The notes under the pieces: generated by a model
The model's input: the letters and a program-made list of their open reading frames with translations, nothing else
Database searches by the model: none
Told to the model about the DNA's origin: nothing
Part shown: positions 59,190 to 64,000 of the stretch, in pieces
How positions within the stretch are numbered: the first letter of the stretch is position 1
Layout of the letters: every line of letters begins with the position of its first letter
Position numbers and translations under genes: made by a program
Assembly (NCBI GenBank): GCA_045803545.1
Contig: JBJMOW010000005.1
Location: 1,120,001 to 1,184,000 of the forward strand
Length of the DNA stretch: 64,000 nt
Reading direction: 5' to 3'
Source of the DNA: Gemmatimonadaceae bacterium
GTDB lineage: Bacteria > Gemmatimonadota > Gemmatimonadetes > Gemmatimonadales > Gemmatimonadaceae

Positions 59190-59820
59190 AAAGAGGTTTA
59201 GTCGGCGTCGACGTAATCTCCTTTCTCTTCCTAAGGTGAAAATGCGGCGAAGATGCGTTGATCTGCTCGGTAAGATCGCTCTCGATCTTTTTCGGATCGA
59301 GCGGCTCCAGCATCGTACGCAGCTCGGGGTCGTCGGCGAGCTGTAGACCCAGACGCGAGTATAGACCGGCCACCAAATGCAGAGTCTTGGTGATCTCTTC
59401 TTCCATGCGGAGGTTCACCTGCAGCGTCAGCTCTTCGCGCAGCTCACCGATGCGCGACTCGCGACTCTGGGTCATCAACACGAAGATCGAGAGGAAGATC
59501 GCCTCGAGTGAGACGATCGTCGTCAGCATGCCGTATGGATACGGATCGAACTGCGGCAATCCGAAACCGGGGATGTTCCACAGGATCCAAACGATGAAGC
59601 CGACCGCGTGTATGACGAGAAACGGGCTCGAGCTCGCGACTCCGATCATGCGATCGGCCCATATCTCCATCGTTGAACGATTCGACGCGTGTTGGGCCTT
59701 GATCGCACGGAAAACTTTGTTGATGTCCGTGCTGCGGCGACGCCGGCGCTCAGCGCTGATCGCTCTTCTTGCTTGCTCGGTGGGTACTTCCGTCGGAGGC
59801 GCGGTCTCGTCTGACTGCAT
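59188..59820 (-). CDS. DUF1003 family membrane protein
   Basis: FDPYPYGMLTTIVSLEAIFLSIFVLMTQ motif. Confidence 0.88.
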   Translation of the reverse strand: MQSDETAPPTEVPTEQARRAISAERRRRRSTDINKVFRAIKAQHASNRSTMEIWADRMIGVASSSPFLVIHAVGFIVWILWNIPGFGLPQFDPYPYGMLTTIVSLEAIFLSIFVLMTQSRESRIGELREELTLQVNLRMEEEITKTLHLVAGLYSRLGLQLADDPELRTMLEPLDPKKIESDLTEQINASSPHFHLRKRKEITSTPTKPL

Positions 59821-59903
59821 TTCTCGACTGGCTGGAGGTGAGATAACCTAACGCAAGCCGGCGGCCACTACCTGCGCTGCAGCAAAAGGTTAACCTTCCA
59901 TTT

Positions 59904-60824
59904 ATGGCTACATCACCGTCATTCACCGTCGGCATCGTGCAGGAAGCGATCAGCGATGACGTGGAAAAGAACGTCGCGCGTGCGGAATCTCGCATTCGAG
60001 AAGCGGCTGAGAAAGGAGCACAGATCGTGTGCCTGCAGGAGCTCTTCAACGCGCCGTACTTCTGTAAATCGCAAAAGCACGAGCGCTTCGATCTGGCGGA
60101 GCCGATTCCCGGACCCACCATCGAGCGCATGCGCAAGCTCGCTCGCGAGCTCGAGGTTGTAATCATCGTACCGATCTTCGAGCGGCAGGCGGCGGGAGTG
60201 TATCGCAACTCCGCGGCAGTCATCGACGCCGATGGCAGAGTGCTGGGCGCCTATCGGAAAATGCACATCCCCGACGATCCGCTCTTCAACGAGAAGTTCT
60301 ACTTCACTCCAGGCGACTCGCACGTACCTGACGATGGCGATCAGCGCGGAGCTGGCGGCTTTCGCGTCTGGAAGACTCGGTACGCGGACATCGGCGTGCT
60401 GATCTGCTGGGACCAGTGGTACCCCGAGGCAGCGCGTATCACCAGCCTGCTTGGCGCCGAGATTCTGTTTTATCCGACAGCGATCGGCTGGCACCCATCA
60501 GAGAAAGCGGAGCACGGCGAGGCGCAGGTAGAGGCGTGGCGCACGGCACAGCGCGCGCACGCGATCGCCAACGGCGTCTACGTCGCATCGCCGAATCGCG
60601 TCGGACACGAAGACGAGCCGGGCACCGACGGCATCGAGTTCTTCGGCCACTCGTTCATCGCCGATCCGTTTGGTCGCATCATCGCGGAAGCTGGAACCGA
60701 GCCGGCGGTGCTCGTGTCGAAGTGTGATCGCGCCCTGATCGAAAGCACGCGTCGCAACTGGCCGTTCCTGCGCGATCGCCGCATCGATGCCTATGCCCCG
60801 ATCCTGAGCCGTTACATCGGATGA
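59904..60824 (+). CDS. aguB: N-carbamoylputrescine amidase (carbon-nitrogen hydrolase)
   Basis: LQELF, YRKMHIPDDP, EKFYFTPGD, ICWDQWYPE; adjacent to aguA. Confidence 0.88.
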   Translation: MATSPSFTVGIVQEAISDDVEKNVARAESRIREAAEKGAQIVCLQELFNAPYFCKSQKHERFDLAEPIPGPTIERMRKLARELEVVIIVPIFERQAAGVYRNSAAVIDADGRVLGAYRKMHIPDDPLFNEKFYFTPGDSHVPDDGDQRGAGGFRVWKTRYADIGVLICWDQWYPEAARITSLLGAEILFYPTAIGWHPSEKAEHGEAQVEAWRTAQRAHAIANGVYVASPNRVGHEDEPGTDGIEFFGHSFIADPFGRIIAEAGTEPAVLVSKCDRALIESTRRNWPFLRDRRIDAYAPILSRYIG

Positions 60825-60827
60825 ATC

Positions 60828-60860
60828 GGCGGGAGGTGGGAGGCGGGAAGCGGGAGGCGT
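60828..60860 (+). repeat. Short tandem 7-bp repeat (GCGGGAG-like x4-5)
   Basis: GGCGGGAGGTGGGAGGCGGGAAGCGGGAGGCG directly after the aguB stop. Confidence 0.55.
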
Positions 60861-60928
60861 TGGCCGGACGAGCAGTTACAGGAACTAAGCGCAAGGGTCA
60901 CGCTCCCTTCGGAAGTAGCGCTCTTACT

Positions 60929-62014
60929 ATGGAGATGTCGCTGGCGCGTCGAATGCCGGCCGAGTGGGAGAAGCACGACGCGACGTGGATTGCGTGGCCG
61001 CATCACGAGCCCGATTGGCCAGGCAAGCTGGCGCCCATTCCCTGGGTCTACGCCGAAATCGTACGCGCACTAAGCGAGTTCGAGCGCGTGGAAATCCTTT
61101 GCCACGATCAGGCGGTCGCCGACAACGCGCGGCTATTGATTGCTGCGCACGGCGTGGCTGATCGCCCCGAGAAATACCGTCTGCATATCGCGCCCAATGA
61201 CCGCGTCTGGCTGCGCGACTCCGCGCCGACGTTCGTGTACCGAGCCGACGGTGTGCTGGAGATGATCAACTGGGGATTCAATGCCTGGGCGAAATACGAC
61301 AACTACGCCAGCGACGCCAAAGTCGGCAGCGTGATCGAGAGCATCACCGGAGTGCCGCGCACGGAAGCGAAACGCGAAGACAATGGCAATCGGCTGATAC
61401 TCGAAGGGGGAGGAATCGAGGTCAACGGCAGCGGAATGATGCTGGTGACTGAGGAGTGGCTGTTAAGCGGTGTGCAGGTACGGAATCCGGGCCTGACCGC
61501 GCAGGAGTACGAGGAATTGTTCGCGAAGTACCTCGGTGTAACCGATACTATATGGTTGGGAGAGGGCGCCGTCGGCGATGATACTCACGGACACATCGAC
61601 GACATCGCGCGCTTCGCGGCGCGTGACACGATCATCCTCGCTTACGAGCAGGACCCGTCGGACGAGAATCACGTTCGCTCAGTCGCCAACCTCGAGCGGC
61701 TCAAAGCGGCGACGAAGGATCGCGACCTGAAGATCGTCACGATTCCCTTCCCGCGTCCGGTGATAATGAACGGCGAACGGCTTCCCGCCAGCTACGCCAA
61801 CTTCTACATCGCGAATGGCGCCGTTCTTGTACCGACATTCAATGATCCCAACGACCGGGTAGCACTCAATGGAATCGCCGAGGCGTTTCCCGGTCGAACC
61901 GTCATCGGCATTCACGCCGTCGATCTGGTTTGGGGATTGGGGACTCTGCACTGCCTGACGCAGCAGCAGCCAGTGCCGCCGACAACCGGGGGGCGAAGCT
62001 CGAAACGGAAATGA
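60929..62014 (+). CDS. aguA: Agmatine deiminase
   Basis: RMPAEWE, WLRD, LEGGG, DDTHGHID, ASYANF, LHCLTQQ. Confidence 0.92.
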   Translation: MEMSLARRMPAEWEKHDATWIAWPHHEPDWPGKLAPIPWVYAEIVRALSEFERVEILCHDQAVADNARLLIAAHGVADRPEKYRLHIAPNDRVWLRDSAPTFVYRADGVLEMINWGFNAWAKYDNYASDAKVGSVIESITGVPRTEAKREDNGNRLILEGGGIEVNGSGMMLVTEEWLLSGVQVRNPGLTAQEYEELFAKYLGVTDTIWLGEGAVGDDTHGHIDDIARFAARDTIILAYEQDPSDENHVRSVANLERLKAATKDRDLKIVTIPFPRPVIMNGERLPASYANFYIANGAVLVPTFNDPNDRVALNGIAEAFPGRTVIGIHAVDLVWGLGTLHCLTQQQPVPPTTGGRSSKRK

Positions 62015-62415
62015 AGATCCTTTTGACAGGCGAAGAATCGCTGCGGCTCGAGCCGACACCGGGAATGCTGACTATCGAAGCACCTTCATCCGACAGCAGC
62101 TATTCACCGTTTCACATGCTCGGCAGTGCGCTTGCCGGCTGCACGTTTTCCGTGTTGCAAAGCTGGGCATCGAACAAGGATCTTCACGTTGACGATTTGA
62201 AGATCGACGTGAAGTGGAAATTCGCGGAGGGAGAACATCGACTCGAGCGAATGGATGCGCGAATCGAATGGCCGTCCCTGCCCGCCGAGCTGTGGCCGCG
62301 AGCTCTGCGCGCGGCGCATGTGTGCGGAATCCATCAGACCCTTAGTCACAGCGTGCAGGTGAATGTCGACGCGGTCGGCGCCGAGAGTCCCGCGATCGAA
62401 GGAGTCACGACGTGA
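62011..62415 (+). CDS. OsmC-like protein
   Basis: SPFHMLGSALAGC...CGIHQTL two-Cys pattern; ATG overlaps the aguA stop. Confidence 0.8.
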   Translation: MKILLTGEESLRLEPTPGMLTIEAPSSDSSYSPFHMLGSALAGCTFSVLQSWASNKDLHVDDLKIDVKWKFAEGEHRLERMDARIEWPSLPAELWPRALRAAHVCGIHQTLSHSVQVNVDAVGAESPAIEGVTT

Positions 62416-62882
62416 GCGTTCAGGTCGTTCGGTTTACATATGCGGACCACGACACCGAGTCTGTCGCGCCGACCATCGGTGAGCCTGGGCGGCCGTACAC
62501 CGTGATCTACGATGGACACTGCAAGGTCTGCGGCCGGCTGGTGAAGCTGCTCACCAAATGGGACAAGCAACACATCCTGGAGATAGCGCCATCGCAGGCG
62601 CCCGGAGTGCAAGCGCGATTTCCGTGGATTCCACCGCGAGCGTACATAGAATCGGTTCAGGTAATCAGGAATCGCGATGGAAAGACGTGGCAGGCTGCGG
62701 CCGCCCTCGAAGAACTTCTCAACGTCCTGCCCAAAGGCTGGCTATTCTCGTGGCTGTTCAAGATTCCGTTCGTAAGGCCCCTCGCAGACAGGTTTTACCG
62801 GTGGTTCGCTCGAAACCGCTACCACTTTGGCTGCGGTGAGCATTGCGCGGTGAGGCCTTCTAACCTCGATTATGGCGAATAG
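62412..62882 (+). CDS. DUF393 / DCC family thiol-disulfide oxidoreductase
   Basis: YDGHCKVC, YRWFARNRY motifs. Confidence 0.88.
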   Translation: MSVQVVRFTYADHDTESVAPTIGEPGRPYTVIYDGHCKVCGRLVKLLTKWDKQHILEIAPSQAPGVQARFPWIPPRAYIESVQVIRNRDGKTWQAAAALEELLNVLPKGWLFSWLFKIPFVRPLADRFYRWFARNRYHFGCGEHCAVRPSNLDYGE

Positions 62883-62885
62883 TCC

Positions 62886-64000
62886 ATAACGGGAAAAACC
62901 ACGCGCTACGCTGCACTAGTTCTGTTGGCGATTGCCTGCGCTGCCCCGGCGCCGCGGCCAACGACGAGCACCAATGCTGATTGGGCAACGACAGGCGGTG
63001 ACGCCGGCAATAGTCGCTACTCGTATCTCGATCAGATAGATCGCCTCAACGTCGCGCAGCTCCGCATGGCGTGGACGTATCACACTGCTGACGCGCCAGC
63101 CAGCGGCCGTTCGCAGATTCAAGCCACACCGATCATCGTCGACGGTGTCCTGTACTCGACGACCTCTGCGCTGAACGTCATCGCGCTCCGAGCGGACAAC
63201 GGCACGGCGATCTGGCGATTCGATCCGTTTTCCAATCGTGAACGGGCGACCCACGTAAATCGCGGTGTCGCTTTCTGGTCAGACGGGGCGCAGCGGCGGG
63301 TGTTCTTCACCGCGGGTCGCCGCCTTTATTCACTCGACGCCGCGAATGGACAGCCTGACCGTTCGTTTGGCGATTCCGGTTCGATCGACCTTAGCGCCGG
63401 CCTCGGTCGCGATGTGTCGAACACCGACGTGCTGGCGACAAGTCCCGGTGCCGTCTTCCAGGATTTGTTGATCCAGGGCACGCGAGTTGGGGAAAGCGAA
63501 GGGTCGGCGCCGGGTGACATCCGTGCGTACGATGTCCACACCGGCAGAATACGCTGGACGTTTTACACCATTCCGCATCCCGGCGAATACGGCTACGACA
63601 CCTGGCCGCCCGACGCCTGGCGGACCGCGGGTGGGGCGAACTCATGGGCCGGAATCACCGTTGACGCTGCGCGCGGAATTGTCTTCATCCCTACGGGCTC
63701 GGCGACGCCTGACTTCTACGGTGGCGCGCGCCACGGCAGAAACCTTTTTTCGAGTTCGCTGCTCGCGCTCGACGCTCGCTCCGGCCAGCGTCTATGGCAC
63801 TTCCAGACCGTGCATCACGATCTCTGGGATCGCGATCTCCCGACGGCGCCCAATCTGCTGACGATTACGCGCGACAGAAAGTTGATCAGTGCCGTCGCAC
63901 AAATCACGAAGAGCGGATTTGTCTTTCTCTTCGAGCGTCAGACCGGAGCTCCGCTGTTCCCGATTGAGGAGCGGCCGGCTCCGCCGTCGGACCTGCGCGG
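62886..64000 (+). CDS. PQQ-dependent (quinoprotein glucose-type) dehydrogenase, runs off window; start anomalous
   Basis: Manual translation: DWATTGGDAGNSRYSYLDQI..LRMAWTY..QATPIIVDGVLY..NRGV..WHFQTVHHDLWDRD. Confidence 0.85.
   Translation, partial: MTGKTTRYAALVLLAIACAAPAPRPTTSTNADWATTGGDAGNSRYSYLDQIDRLNVAQLRMAWTYHTADAPASGRSQIQATPIIVDGVLYSTTSALNVIALRADNGTAIWRFDPFSNRERATHVNRGVAFWSDGAQRRVFFTAGRRLYSLDAANGQPDRSFGDSGSIDLSAGLGRDVSNTDVLATSPGAVFQDLLIQGTRVGESEGSAPGDIRAYDVHTGRIRWTFYTIPHPGEYGYDTWPPDAWRTAGGANSWAGITVDAARGIVFIPTGSATPDFYGGARHGRNLFSSSLLALDARSGQRLWHFQTVHHDLWDRDLPTAPNLLTITRDRKLISAVAQITKSGFVFLFERQTGAPLFPIEERPAPPSDLR

Overview
GC-rich bacterial chromosomal window with about 60 densely packed genes. 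A Gemmatimonadota-like origin is my inference from gene content and style, not a demonstrated result. No rRNA, tRNA, CRISPR array, transposase or integrase was recognised. Housekeeping content: heme A/O synthases (ctaA/ctaB), a ccmABCD + ahbAB-like + cobA/hemD-hemC-hemB heme locus, ppa, acs, acnA, aguB/aguA, DsbA/VKOR and several peptidases. The most notable accessory items are: (1) a six-gene operon at 32.1-37.7 kb that looks like a non-canonical chaperone-usher-type fibre system (three paralogous secreted subunits, a PapD-like chaperone, a 927-aa usher-like protein and a lipoprotein), directly followed by a type IV pilin; (2) a seven-gene putative lipid/polyketide biosynthetic cluster at 10.5-17.0 kb (DUF92, B12-radical SAM, FAD oxidoreductase, flavin reductase, methyltransferase, SRPBCC cyclase, ketosynthase); (3) a family of intergenic fold-back/inverted-repeat elements, one of which encloses a small membrane-protein gene like a cassette (17.7-18.4 kb), while related elements are 'empty' (55.9 kb) or present in two diverged copies (38.9 and 59.0 kb). 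Many start codons were adjusted from the ORF track using overlaps, RBS and signal peptides. All family assignments come from recognised motifs, not database searches.
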